DNA from: the human T2T-CHM13v2.0 reference genome, Homo sapiens
Assembly (NCBI RefSeq): GCF_009914755.1
Contig: NC_060937.1
Direction: 5' to 3' (one strand)
Length of the DNA: 64,000 nucleotides
The notes beneath the pieces were generated by a model that worked only from the letters and a program-made list of their open reading frames with translations, made no database searches and was not told where the DNA came from. How positions within the stretch are numbered: position 1 is the first letter of the stretch; every line of letters starts with the position of its first letter. The position numbers were made by a program, and so were the translations under genes. Positions 1 through 13,500 of this stretch are shown piece after piece.

Positions 1-438
1 CAAAATTTATTGTAGAATGCCACCAAAGTTTTTTTTTTAATATTTTACTAAACATCACTATTTTCAGTAAACTTTTATGATTTTATCTCTATATGGCTTG
101 TGCTCTTAATTTTTATTCCACATCTATTTTTGTGTTCTGGTGTAAGTGTTAAAGGGATTATACTGCTGTTTTTTTTTTTTTACATTTTCTAATTTCTTAT
201 TATTGCAATGTAAGAAAGCTTTTGCATGTTTGCCAATTTTTATTATATTTTGAGTTTTTTATCTGAAATCAGTTCACTTGAAATAATTCAACTATTTTAT
301 AATATTTATGCATAACTGGAAACATTGCTTTTGAAAACTGGCACAAGGCAAGGATGCCGTCTATCACCACTCCTATTCAACATAGTATTGGGAGTTCTGG
401 CCCGGGCAATTAGGCAAGAGAAAGAAATAAAAGGTGTT

Positions 439-744
439 AGCCAGGTGCTGTGGCTCATGCCTATAATCCCAACACTATGGGAGGCAGAGGTGGGTGGATC
501 ACCTGAGGTCAGGAGTTTGAGGCCAGCCTGGCCAACATGGTGAAACCCCATCTCTACCAAAAAGACAAAAATTAGCAGGGAATGGTGGTGGGTGCCTGTA
601 CTTGGAAGGCTGAGGCAGGAGAATCACTTGAACCTGGGAGGCGGAAGATGAAGTGAGCTGAGATCGTGCCACTGTACTCCAGCCTGGGCAACAGAGCAAG
701 ATTCAGTATCAAAAAAGAAAAAAAAAAAGAAAAGAAAGAAAGAA
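439..744 (+). mobile_element. AluS (Sx-like) inserted into L1 ORF2
   Basis: Dimeric Alu with A-tail; TSD AAAAGGTGTT at 429-438 and 745-754. Confidence 0.95.
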
Positions 745-774
745 AAAAGGTGTTTAGGAAGAGATGAAGTAAAA

Positions 775-1224
775 TTGCCTCTGTTTGCAGATAACATAAT
801 TTTATCTTTAGAAAACCCGATCATCTCAGCCCAAAAACTCCTTAAGCTGATAAGCAACTTCAGCAAATTCTCTGGATACAAAATCAATGTGCAAAAATCA
901 CAAGTATTCCTTTACGCGAACAATAGACAAGCAGAGAGCCAAATCATGAATGAACTCCCATTTATAATCTCTACAAAAAGAATAAAATACTTACGAATAC
1001 AGCTAACAAAGGATGTGAAGGACCTCTTCAAGGAGAACTACAAACCATTGCTCAAGGAAATAAGAGAGGACACAAACAAATGGAAAAACATTCCATTCTC
1101 ATGGATAGGAAGAATCAATATCGTGAAAATGGCCGTACTGCTCAAAGTAATTTATAGATTCAGTGCTATTCCCATCAAACTGCAGTTCACATTGTTCACA
1201 GAATTAGAAAAAAAACTACTTTAA
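775..1224 (+). pseudogene. Dead L1 ORF2p reverse-transcriptase fragment (longest ORF in the window)
   Basis: The catalytic FADD motif reads FADN (784-795). The frame is broken by frameshifts and stops downstream and by an Alu upstream. Confidence 0.9.
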
Positions 1225-3149
1225 ATTTCATATGGAATCAAAGAAGACCCCATATAGTCAAGACAAGCCTAAGAAAAAAGAACAAAGCTGGAGACATCAA
1301 ACTACCTGATTTCAAACTATTAGAAGGCTACATTAACCAAAATAGCATGGTACTCATACCAAAACAGACATATAGACCAATGGAACAGAAGAGACCTCAG
1401 AAATAACACCACACATCTACAACTGTCTGATCTTCGACAAACCTGACAAAATCAAACAATGGGGAAAGGATCTCCAATTAACCAAATGGTGCTGGGAAAA
1501 TTGGCTAGCCATATGCAGAAAACTGACTGGACCCCTTCCTTGCACCTTATACAAAAATACTCAAAATGGATTAAATACTTAAATGTAAAAGCCAAAACCA
1601 TAAAAACCTTAGAAGGAAACTTAGGCAATACCATTCAGGACATACGCATGGGCAAAGACTTGATGACTAAAACACCAAAAGCAATGGCAACAGAAGCCAA
1701 AATTGACAAATGGGATCTAATTAAACTAAAGAGCTTCTGCACAACAAAAGAAACTATATCAGACTGAACAGGCAGCCTACAGAATGGGAGAAAATTTTTG
1801 CAATCTGCCCATCTAACAAAGGTCTAATATCCAGAATTTACAAGGATCTTAAACAAATTTACAAGAAAAATACCCATCAAAAAGTGGGCAAAAGATATGA
1901 ACAGATACTTCTCAAAACAAGACATTTATGCAGCCAACAAATGTGAAAAAAAGCTTAACATCACTGATCATCAGAGAAATGCCAATCAGAACCACAATGT
2001 GAGACCGTAGCTTGCCAGTCAGAATGGCGACTATTAAAAAGTCAGGAAACAATAGATGCTGGTGTAGCTGTGGAGAAATAGGAAGGCTTTTACACTGTTG
2101 GTGGGACTGTAAATTAGTTCAACCATTGTGGAAAAGAGTATGGCAATTCCTCAAGGATCTACAACCACAAATACCATTTGACCCAGCAATCCCATTACTG
2201 GTTATATACCCAAAGGAATATAAATCAGTCCACTATAAAGACACATGCACATGAATGTTTATTGCAGCGTTATTTACAATAGCAAAAACATGTAACCAAC
2301 TCAAATGTCCATTAATGATAGACTGGATAAAGAAAATCTGGGACATATATACTATGGAATATTCTGCAGCTATAAGAAAATAATGAGATCAAGTCCTTTG
2401 CAGGGACATGGATGAAGCAGGAAGCCATCATCCTCAGCAAACTAATACAGGAACAGTCAACCAAACACCACATGTTTTCACTCTTAAGTGGGAGCTGAAC
2501 AATGAGAACACGTGGATCCAGAAAGGGGAACAACACACACCAGGGCCTCAGGGGTTGTGGGGCAAGGGGAGGGAACTTAGAGGATGTATCAGTAGGTACA
2601 GCAAACCACCATGGCACACGTATACCTGTGTAACAAACCTGCACGTTCTGCACATGTATCCTTTTTTTTTTTAGAAGAAGAAATAAAAATAAAAAATAAA
2701 TGAAGAGAAATTTATTTTTGTTTTTTACGCTTTCAAGTGAGATTTTGCCTAATATTACTTAAACAGAGTTATTGATTTTTGGTGAGACACTTGAAAGCAT
2801 TATTTAACATGATCTTTTGATTAAATCTTTTCCAACAATTATAAAATTTATATTTATGTAGAATTCATCATATTACCATGCCAAAGAGAAATTACAGTTT
2901 TCCAATATTGAGCTATCTTATATTCCTGGAATTTTGAACCATGACTGAAAATTCAGTGATTCTCTCAGTGTATTTATTTCTCTTTAAATGTTTATAGACA
3001 TAATGAATTTTGACTTCCAGTGATTATTTGCCAAAATCTTTGTCAGGCTTTGTATTAGGTTATTCTGTATATTAGTAGAATTTCCAAAGGCAAATCAAAG
3101 GAAGAAAAAAAAAACCTCACTTTTTCTAGTTTGAACATAAAATGATTTA

Positions 3150-3905
3150 TTAAATCATATTAGGTAGCAAACATCAAAAGGAACAGTGAAGTGGCTTGGA
3201 GGTAGTTGTAACACCAGATAATTCAGTAAGATTTATGTTTGTCATAAAACATGAGAACAAGCACAAAAATCTATTGTATTGGTCCATTTTCATACTGCTA
3301 TAAAGAACTGCCTGAGAATGGATAATTTATAAAGGAAAGATCATTGAGTCACAGTGCAGCATGGCTGGGTAGTCCTCAGGAAACTTACAATCATGGCGGA
3401 AGGCAAAGGGTAAGCAAGGCACCTTCTTCACAAGGTAGCAGGAAAGAGAATTGCTGATCAAAGGGGAAAGACCCCCTTATTAAACCGTCATATGTCTTGA
3501 GAACTCGTTCACTATCATGAAAACAGTGTGGGGGAAATTGCCCCCATGATTCAATTACCTTCACCTGATCTCTCCCTTGACACTCGGGGATTATGGGGAT
3601 TACAATTCAAGATGAGATTTGGGTTGGCGCAGAAAGCCTAACCATATCATCCATGGTGAGTGGTGCCAACTCAGTGGTGTTTCTAGAGATCCTATAGCCT
3701 GGAGCATGTATAAGGTAAGAAGTCAAGGGCAGGAGTGATAGAGATTAAACACCTTGGTTCCTTGAGGAATCTGAAGTAAACTTTCCATAGGCTGTCTCAT
3801 TTCTAAATTTTATGACAACAAAGGGAAAAAAATTCATTATGTCTAAATATTTTTAAGTTTAAAAAAATTATCATTGCTTTAATATGCAGCTGAAATCAAC
3901 TGTAT
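3150..3905 (+). mobile_element. Possible old MLT1-type LTR remnant, split by THE1D
   Basis: The 3' part (AAATTCATTATGTCTAAA...ATGCAGCTGAAATCAACTG) resembles degenerate MLT1 3' ends; highly diverged. Confidence 0.3.
3275..3649 (-). mobile_element. THE1D-like MaLR solo LTR
   Basis: TGTATT...ACCATATCA termini; internal GGAAACTTACAATCATGGCGGAAGGC and AAGGCACCTTCTTCACAAGG; 5-bp TSD TCTAT/TCCAT. Confidence 0.92.
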
Positions 3906-3989
3906 TTTTTTCAGGCTTCATACTAGTATTCTTTGTTCTTCAGCTCTTCTTGTTTGCAGAATTTAAATCAATACATTTATAAGCTGGCA

Positions 3990-5290
3990 TAATAGCCACA
4001 TTAGCAGGAAAGGCCAAGTGGAAACAATTAGAATGCTTCCTACTTACTAAAATAGCAGTCCAAATGGAATAATCCATCCCTGTGGGAATCACGAGATTAA
4101 TGTCATGGACAAAATTTTGAATGATGCAGCTTTGAAGATGTTTACCCATTAATTTCCCTGGTTTGAACTACAACAGTCTGGCACGTATTGAAAAATGACA
4201 ATAGATAATAAGGAAATTAATTGCGTAGTGACTCCAATTATAGCTGCTATTCCAGATGTGGTCTCTTTTCTTGGACAATGTAACAACCCCCTGGCATTGG
4301 GAACTAGTTATGTGTCTGCAAACTTATTGGAGGGCAATGAAACTCGTTGATTCAGTCCAAAACGTTTGGCATCCTGTGACACAAAATAGGGTGATGTGTG
4401 AGTGGAGAGCAGATTAAGAGAAAGAAACATAAAATATCCAAAAATTAAGAGTCAAATATAACTGGTAAATCTCTTTGAGTTTTTGAGGCAAGTGTATGGC
4501 ATTCCACTGTCTTGTTCTTGTTCATTTACTTATACCTAAAATACTACCAGCTATGCCTGGTGATGAGGACTAGAATTATTCGCTAGCTGACCCTGCATAT
4601 GTGGTAAACTTCTCCACCATTTGATGCTTTTGGCTGATAAGATTTAATGGACTTGGGGTATGCTTCATAGATTGTGAAGCTTTATGAAGTCTGAAAATTT
4701 CCCTAAAAGGAATCCCATCAGAAGCATGAAGTTTCATGAATAAGCCCATGTCAATTTCAGCAAGTAAATGTACTTCTTTAAAAATTATTCTTTCTTGGCC
4801 GGGTGCGGTGGCTTACGCCTGTAATCCCAGCACTTTGGGAGGCCAAGGCAGGTGGATCACGAGATCAGGAGTTCAAGGCCAGCCTGGCCAAGATGGTGAA
4901 ACCCTGTCTCTACTACAAATACAAAAATTAGCTGGACGTGGTGGAGGGTGCTTGTTATCCCAGCTACTCGGGAGGCTGTGGCAGATAATTGCTTGAAACC
5001 ATGAGGTGGAGGTTTCAGTGAGTCGAGATCTCCCCACTGCACTCCAGCCTGAATGACAGAGCGAGACTCTGTCTCAAAAAAAATAAATAAATAAAATTAT
5101 TCTTTCCTTGCAACTAGAGAGCTTTGCTATGTAGTAAATGATTACCAATGGGAAACTTGGGAACCACGCAACTTTAGCAGACATTGTGACTTAGTACTGT
5201 CTGGCCAATCTAGCTATTAATTGAGATTATTCAGTGATTTCTCATCATGAAGTGCAAGTAGCATATGCAGTAACAGGTTCAAGATAAAAA
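3990..5290 (+). mobile_element. Degenerate ERV-L-type internal pol (RT/RNaseH) remnant, interrupted by an Alu; may extend to about 6030
   Basis: Manual translation gives LAGKAKWKQLE, IPVGI.EINVMDKILNDA and MTIDNKEINCVVTPIIAAIPDVVSFLGQ. These match ERV-L pol GKAKWKPLE, IPGGIAEISATIKDLKDA and MTVDYRKLNQVVTPIAAAVPDVVSLLEQ. Confidence 0.8.
4797..5092 (+). mobile_element. AluSg-like
   Basis: Full dimer with the GATCACGAG 2-nt deletion form; TSD AAAATTATTCTTTC at 4781-4794 and 5093-5106. Confidence 0.95.
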
Positions 5291-5532
5291 CCAGACTATT
5301 TTAAAACAGACAGTCTCAACCCTCTTATCTATGCTATTATGCTCTCTGCCAACTGCTATGATCATCCTCAAGGGTGCCCTTATCATTATATAAATGATAC
5401 TCATAGTTTTTAACATCTAAGCTTGTTTGAAAACAAGTAACTATGAGATTAATAATATTAATAATATTGTCTGCCAAAATAGTATAAATTGAACCAGTGA
5501 AAAATACATGGTGCTGCTTCTCCAATTGCATA

Positions 5533-5558
<26 letters not shown>
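5533..5558. repeat. (TG)n microsatellite
   Basis: About 13 uninterrupted TG units. Confidence 0.95.
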
Positions 5559-5565
<7 letters not shown>

Positions 5566-8500
5566 GTGTATGTATGTATTTAAAGTTAACAAAGAGTAGA
5601 AGTACAGGTGATGTATTGAAATAACGGCTTGAATGACTCACTTTAGAAAAATTTGTCCATAATCTTCATGTTCAGAGTTCCGTTTGTTCGGAGGTGTTCA
5701 TAATCAAATGAGAAAAATTTAGATCATAGAATATAATTAGGAGCCCAATAAGATGGCTGAGATTGATACTTGGCCATTTTGAAAAATTTCTGCCAAGAGG
5801 ATAGTGATAAAAAGAGGATAGAGAGGTAGGTTAGACTGACTGTCATGCTTTGCTAAAGAGAGTTAGTGTCATTGCTAAACAGTAGTGACTGGAAAGAGAG
5901 TAGTTTGAACCTGGAGGATTCTGTAGTATACTAACATACCTATTAATAGTTTATAAAAGACTAAAAGAGCAATAATTCCAAAAACTCGGATATGAGTATT
6001 TGGAATGTACTCCTGGATAAAGGGCTTTAGCTAAAATGTAAAGGTAATAGAAAGTCATAATGATTGGCCCTAACATTTTAAATAACTGGAGAATTTAGAA
6101 TTTCAACATTTACCTTTATTTTTGGCTTCATGTGAACCATAGAATTTTCTTTCTTTAAAAAAAGTTTATCTTAAAATAACACAATGTTTGTAGAAATTCC
6201 AAAATATAGGAAAATAAACCACTGTAAATAAGTCATCCAAAATCTTATATATTAATTAACCCCTATTAAATAAAATGTGAATTAATTCGTATTGATTTTT
6301 AACTTGCTTGCACATACACACTACATCTAAATACATAAGCATATAAAATATGTTGATATGCATATTACCCATGAAACTTAATCTAATATTAGTTTTACAG
6401 GCACAAAAGGAATACCTGATGGTGTATTTCCAAACTTTCTTATGTTAACTGGTCAAGCATATAGACAACCCCCATCAGTGTTTAGTGTGAGTAGTATATT
6501 ACTATTCATCTGGAACTCAAAGTTACTTGGAAAATTAAGACTGGCTTTTCTTAACAGTTTATTCTGCCAGCTCATCTAGTGGATGCAATGTTTGTAATTG
6601 GCCATTTTTAGGGATCCTTCATCCAATTCCCATCCCTACCTTTGACCTTACCCACTGTGGTCTGCCTAGAACATCTTTCACTTTTGGCTTTCTCTTTCCT
6701 TGGCGTTTTTAATCTCTTTGCTATGCTTCCTCCATCCAAGTTACTAGTCTTTAACTTTACTGTTGTTCCATAGCTTGGTTTACTAAAGGCTGTGAGATTT
6801 CAGGAAGAAGGACAAGAAGAGAAAGAAACTGGTGTTCTGGTGTAGCATGAAAGTGGATTGTTTGAAAATCAGATTTTCACATTTCATAGGAAAAAAATTG
6901 TCCAATTCTACCCTATCTCCTATATGCTACCATAGTCTAACATTAGTTGTATTATAAATGGTCCCAGCTTATAAATGGTGCTAGACACATTAAGTAAAGA
7001 ATAAAGGCAAAAACTCTAAAATAAGATAAAACAAAACAAGCTCTATTCATTCTAATGAACATGCATGTGGTGATACTTCTATATAAAAGTGCTTTAAACA
7101 CAATTTTACAAATATGCAAATTGGTATATATACTACGAAATGTGAAAATTAGTATATATAAAAATTGGCCTACTATACATTATATTCTTTTGTGTCACCT
7201 TTACTACTGTGGAATTTCTACTTCAAAAGTGAAGAATTTTGGCTATTTAATTTTGAGCTGAGTTAAACGAATATGCAGGTAATGACTATTAGACTATGAA
7301 AGTATATGTGAATACAGTTTGAATAGTTTATTTACCTATGTGGATATCAATATTTTTTGTATCAGGCTAAAAGAAAAAAATAAAGTTCAAGCCTGAATAT
7401 TATGCATATATTGTTTCTGTTGTAGTAATGCATAAATTCCACTCAAATTAGACCTTACAGTCATATAGAAAATATCCTAACAAGTTGTTGATTTAAATAT
7501 TTAAAATGCAAAAAGCAGTTCTTTATATGTATCAATAAGCATTCCATGTTTTAAGTTGTAAGATTTGGATGTCAATTAAAATCAATTGGTCCAAAAAGTA
7601 TGTTTCCTCTATTTTTAAAGCGTGACTAAAATGTAAAATTGTTTCTTTCATGAATTTTTATAAAATACATAATCTTTTGTAAAATATATTTAAAATAATA
7701 TATAAAATACGTATATGTAGAATACATTAAAAAAATGAAGAGTTTGGATTTTGCATGGAGGATTTAATTATATTTTATTTCAACTTTAAAATAAAATGAG
7801 GAGGAAGAGAAAAAACTTTAGGAACTTTGCTGGATTTCTTCGTTGACATTTTTCCTCATGATTGAGTTTTTATACTGATAATCAAACTATGTAATTAATT
7901 TATACAGACTATGTCTGAAAGTTTAAGAACTAATTATGTAAATAAAATATTTTTTATTTATTCAAAATATGCCTCATTGTTTCTAGGGAATTTCAGAAAT
8001 TCAATTATATTAATTGAGACTTTGTGGGAAGAAAATTTGTTGCTGAGTTTCACTAAAGGTTATCTAAGCCTACATATTTACTTTGAAAATCATAAAGCAG
8101 CAAGACTATTTAGTCAGCCAGAAAACATCATTCAGCTTAGTACTGAGCTTTAAGAATAATAAAGATCTCAACATCCCAGATTTATTCACATACATATAGT
8201 ATCTTATGAGTGATTACGTTTACCTTCAAAATTACATTCCAAGAATATATGTATTATACTTCTGTAAGAGGTGTAATGCTTTTTCCAGATGATCAGTGCA
8301 CAGTATAGTGTCCCAAATAGTCATATTTCTCTAAAATATGTGCTTTTTCATATGTAAATTTAAAAAATATATTTATAAGATCATAACCAGATCTTAACTA
8401 GAGTTCTTTAATTTCAGAATGAAGCACTATGTTGAATTGGGAGGGTATTTGAATAATCTAAACCACTCCATAAACTTCCTAATAGATTTTTTGTTCTTGT

Positions 8501-11099
8501 TTTAATTCTAATTTTGAGGCATTTCTTGGGTTTTAAAATTCCCCAGCTCTCTTTGAAATTGAGCCTATCTAATACAAATTGAGACATTTTATTGAGAAAT
8601 AACAGGTATGACATTTTCATGCAAGCACATTAGTTTCCATTAAAACATATATCAAATATTATTTATGCTATGTCTTTTAACAGAATGTGTTGTAAATTGC
8701 TTTTGAAGTTACTTTGCATGACTTAGATATTGTATTACTAACAAAAATATACTGCTGGACTTCATAATAGATAACCATGGACTACAAGTGTAAGAACCTT
8801 TTTTTAAAAAATAAACAATTTTCCAAACTTACAAATGTTACTTTGGTTTTAGGTTTCTTTTTTCCTTGAATTCAGCAAGAGAAATATTTTTTAACAAGAA
8901 AATTCTACTCTGTTTTGTGGCTAACTCTTTAAGGCTGGCTAAGAACAGATTCAGTAGAGTGAGAAATCACCTCATGACTCTTGAACTTTCATAAGCTAAA
9001 TAAAATTGTTTGTGGTGATCCCTTGAAAACTTTATCTGACACTCAATACTAGTTGAAGTAGAAAAATCATGGCTCAAAATTCTATAATGCTGTAAAGAAG
9101 AAATTGGGTCATAGTGGCCAGGGTTAGTGAGGGCATGATTGAAAAGCTGAACAGGAACGTGGTTTGACTCCAAGGAGATCTTGCTAAGCTGTTAGGTCAA
9201 AGTTGTGCTGACACAGAGCTATACTGAGAACCAGACAGGACTTAGGAATTGTTCTATGGATTTGGCCAAATAATTTTCCTTAGACTAATCAGAAAGATTA
9301 CATCTAGGTGCATGTAAATAGTACATAGACCTGTGCTATTTGTTAGTAATATGAGTAGATTTGGCAAATTGTATGCCTTTCTAAATTCCTTATTCACTTG
9401 GGGAAGTTTCTGAGACACTGTGGAAAGAAACTATGCACACACAGATCCAGATGTATGAAATGTTATAGATCTTTAAATATGTAGTTTATAATATGGTAAA
9501 ACTATGTGGAAGATGCTGGGCCTTACTTTTTACAAGAAAGTCTAAATTATATAATCAGGATGCTGATGTGTAAGACCTTACATTTTACTGCAGAAAGGGC
9601 ATAACAAGACCATTTTTTATTGTATTTTTTTCTGTGTATCTTTTTCCACCAGATAGGGTAGGTATCAGGTGAAAAATCTTCAATTAAATACTTTTTTTTT
9701 TCTTTTTAGATAGACTTTATGGATTATACACACACACACGCACACACACAATTGTGTTTAGGTTTGTAAGTCATGACAATTTTCTACCTTAAGGAAATCA
9801 ACAATCAACATATTCAACATTTTAATATATTCAACACTTCCATCCCCTCAAATGGGTTCCTGTGACTTTTGCCAATTTATTGCTCTTCCTTTAGTTCCAG
9901 CCAAGAACCAATCTGATTCTGTTATTTTTAGCTTTACAGTTATATTCTTGATCTATTAATATTCCAAGTTACTTTTTGCATATTGTGTACAAAGCATTGA
10001 GGATTGTTTTTAAATTTTATCCAGAATAATTTTTTGAAAGACTATGCTTTCTCTACTAACTTACCTTGCTGTCTTTGTCAGAAATTAAATATGATGTATA
10101 TGTACCTATATCTGTATTCTATTTAGTTTCATTGACCCATATGACTATCTTCAGGCTAATTCCTTACTATTTGCTTTACTATGGCTTTCCAGTTGAACTT
10201 GAAGTCCTGTAGTTCTAGTATTATAGCCTTACTCTACATTTTCCAAAGGCAAATAAGTTTTCAAAAGTGGACTATACAAAATTATACTAATTTGTTAATG
10301 GAGGACGTCATAGAACTTTGAATATGGTAATGTAATTTTTAAATCTCCAAGAGGAAATATTCAATAGATAAAAACTCATATAACCCAACCCCCTCTGAAT
10401 GTATGGCAAGCGCATTTCTACAAGTACACTTAATAAGGTGTATTTTGATGGGTAGGTGCATACATAAAAACACAGGACAAACAATGCATTTGAAGCTAGC
10501 AATTGGTGTAACTTCCCTAGAAGATCAAGAACACATTAGCTCAAAGGAAATGGAACGTAATAGAAATTGGGGGAGTAACATCAATTCTATATGTATTATA
10601 TGCAAATTCAATTACTACTGTTTGGCAAAGGGACAGAGAAAATAATGTTTGAAGGAATAAAATAAAAATGTAAATATAGCAGTAGATTCCCTCATTTAGT
10701 AAGTCTCCCAAGTAAATATGAGCTGAGGCACATCTGTTCCTTCATGAAGAATTAATCTGACTGTGTTGAACTTGCAGTTCAACACAATATAATAGTGAAA
10801 TTTATGGATGACTAAAGGGATTATTTATAGATAATTTTAAGTGTATGTGAATGTGCTTCCATATATTGACTTTCACATTTACAGTCATGTAAAATGCAAC
10901 TCTTCTATAATACTTGGCTAATCTCCTTATTAAGTGGGGGCCTTGTGCTCTGAAAGATTTAGTGACAAAGACAAGGTGGACAGAGGGCAAAAACTGTCTC
11001 CTTGTAAAAGAAAAGAAGCAAAGTGCCACTAAAAGCTGTCTTGGTTTAAAATATTTTCAGTAATTTAGAGAAAGCTAACACAAACTCGCTGACATAATT

Positions 11100-12415
11100 A
11101 ATTTATGTTTTCTTCAAGAAGTATTAAAGTTGTAGGTTTTACATTTAGATCTATTATAAATTCTAAGTTAATTTTGTATATGCTGTGTGGTATGTTGAAG
11201 TTTATGTCTTTCAAGATGCATGCCCAGTAGTTGAAATGAGTATCCTTTCTCCATTGAATTACATTTGCACTTTCCTCCAAAATCAATTTACCATGCACAT
11301 GTAGGCCAGCGTTTAAGTTCTCCATTTTGTTTCCTTGAACTATGTGACTATTTTTTCACCATTACCATACTACCTTGATTATTACCATTTTAAAAAAATC
11401 TTGAAATCATGTAGAGACTTCTAACTTTGTTTTCCTTTTTCAGAATTGTCTTAGCTATTCTAAGTCTTTTATATTTCCTTTTACATTTTAAAATCAGTTT
11501 GTAAATTTTTACAAACATTTCCTCTGATAGTTCAGTTTAGATTACTTTGAGGAGAATTGAAATCTGCCCAATAATGAGTTTTCAAACCCATGAACACATG
11601 ATACCTATCACATTATTAGGTTTTGTTTAACAAGGCACATCAATGTTTTGCAGTTTTCAGTATTCAGAACGTGCACATACTTTCCTAGAATTGTGTATAA
11701 GTATTCATGTTTTTGGTACTCTGTAAAAAATTTCAATTTTCAATTTCTAGTGGTAATCTATGGAAGTACTATGGATGTGTAATATGTACCTTATATCCTG
11801 AAATTTTGCTAAACTAACTTAGAAATACATTTTATAGGTTATTTGTAATATTTCTATATAGACAATTATAGATTTTTCTGCACAAAAAGACAGTTGTATT
11901 TCTTTCTTGGTAATCTACAAACTTTGTATTTCTATTTCTTATATTATTGCACTGGCTAAAACATCTACTATTAGGCCGAATGGAAATGATGAGTATGGAT
12001 ATCACTGTGTTATTTCCGATTTTGGGAGGGGATATTGTGTCTTTCACCATAAACTGTGTTACTGTGTCAGCTGTGTTTTTTTTTTTTTTTTTTGAGACAG
12101 AGTCTCATGCTGTCCCATAGGCCAGAGTGCAGTGGTGTGATCTCAGCTCACTGCAACCTCTGCCTCCCAAGTTCGAGCGATTCTCCTGCCTCAGCCTCCT
12201 GAGTAACTAGAATTACAGGTGTGCGTCACCACACCTGGCTAACTTTTTGGATTTTTAGTAGAGACAGGGTTTCACTGTGTTGGCCAGGCTGGTCTCAGAC
12301 TTCTGACCTCAAGTGATCCACCTGCCTTGGCCTCCCAAATGGTGAAATTATAGGCATCAGCCACCACGCTCAGCCAGCTGTGCATTTTTATTTTTATGTT
12401 TTTTCAGTTTGAGAA
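11100..12415 (-). mobile_element. Old L1M ORF2 segment; inverted 5' part of a twin-primed insertion
   Basis: The minus-strand translation includes IDLNVKPTTLILLEENI (L1 ORF2 C-terminal half). Strand polarity switches at about 12415. Confidence 0.8.
12076..12375 (-). mobile_element. AluS
   Basis: Poly-T plus antisense dimer; TSD AGCTGTG at 12069-12075 and 12376-12382. Confidence 0.95.
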
Positions 12416-13500
12416 TAAGCTTTTAGATTGGCTACAGAAAAACATAATCCATAAAACAAATTGATAAATTGGACATCACCAAAATGTAAAACTTCTGCTT
12501 TGAGAGAGAAAAATGAAACTATCACAGACTAGGCAAAAAATGCAAAAATATATATATATACATATATATAATTTATATATATGTATTATTTACTTATATT
12601 ATTATCTAATATATATTATGTATATGCTATATATATATCCTTTAGCATATATATGTATGTTAAAGGATTGCTATCCAAAATATATAAAAAACTCTCTTAG
12701 TAACAAGTAAACAAAAATCTAGCAAAATTTAGACAAAATCTAAATAGATGAAGATAAATATAAACAGATGGAGGACAAACAAAAACATAACATGCTAAAT
12801 AACTGGTCAACTGAGAAATGCAGATAAGACCACATTAATATTTCACTAAATACCCACTAGAATGAAATGATTAGCATTAAAAATAATAGTACCAAATAGA
12901 AAATGAAGCTGTAGAGTAACTACAAATCTTAGGTAGTACTAATAGGAGTTTATAATAGTACAACACTTTAAAAAACTGTTTGCAGTTTCTAATATAGTTA
13001 TGCATATATTTATATAATATATGACACAGCCACTCATATGCATTATCCAAGAGAAACAAAAGTATATGATGATACAGATCTTATGTGTGAATGCAGATAG
13101 CAGTTTTATTCATAATCACCAAAAGAGGGAAAAATATGAAATGTCTATCAGCAAGTTAGTGGATTAGCTAATTGTGTCTTATACATGCAATGGCATATTA
13201 TTTGCCATTTAAAAATTCAATGACATGGAATAATCTCAAGAGCATTGTGCTGAGCAATTCCATTTATAGGTTATTCTTTTTCAATAACAAAATTATACGG
13301 ACAGAAAAAAATCAATGTTTGCTTAGAGCTAAGAATGAGGGAGAGAGATTCACTAAAAAGTAACAAGAAAGAACTGTTCTATATCTTTATTGTGGCGTTG
13401 GCTGCACAATTGTATGTGTTTCTCAAAATTCATATATCTGGCCAAAAGGTGTATTTTATGATATGCACATTTTACCTCAATAAACTAAAAAAGAAAAGAA
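12416..13500 (+). mobile_element. Old L1M (MB/MC/MD-type) ORF2 end, 3'UTR and A-tail, with an internal TA-rich expansion at about 12545-12660
   Basis: AATTGATAAATTGGACATCACCAAAATGTAAAACTTCTGC (IDKLD..K.KNFC region); ends TTTTACCTCAATAAAC followed by an A-rich tail. Confidence 0.85.

Larger units (their letters stand above)
310..2700 (+). mobile_element. 5'-truncated primate LINE-1 (L1PA8/L1PA8A-like): ORF2 RT and C-terminal region, 3'UTR and A-tail; interrupted by an Alu at 439-744
   Basis: Translations match L1 ORF2p ([18 protein letters not shown]; [14 protein letters not shown]; knuckle RCWCSCGEIGRLLHCWWDC). The 3'UTR ends in TGTATCC-T11-AGAAGAAGAAATAAAA, a T-run-before-tail ending I recall for L1PA8A. 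Confidence 0.95.

Noticed and set aside
310-2700. Active LINE-1
   Set aside because: It is 5'-truncated, Alu-interrupted and frameshifted, and the FADD motif is mutated to FADN.
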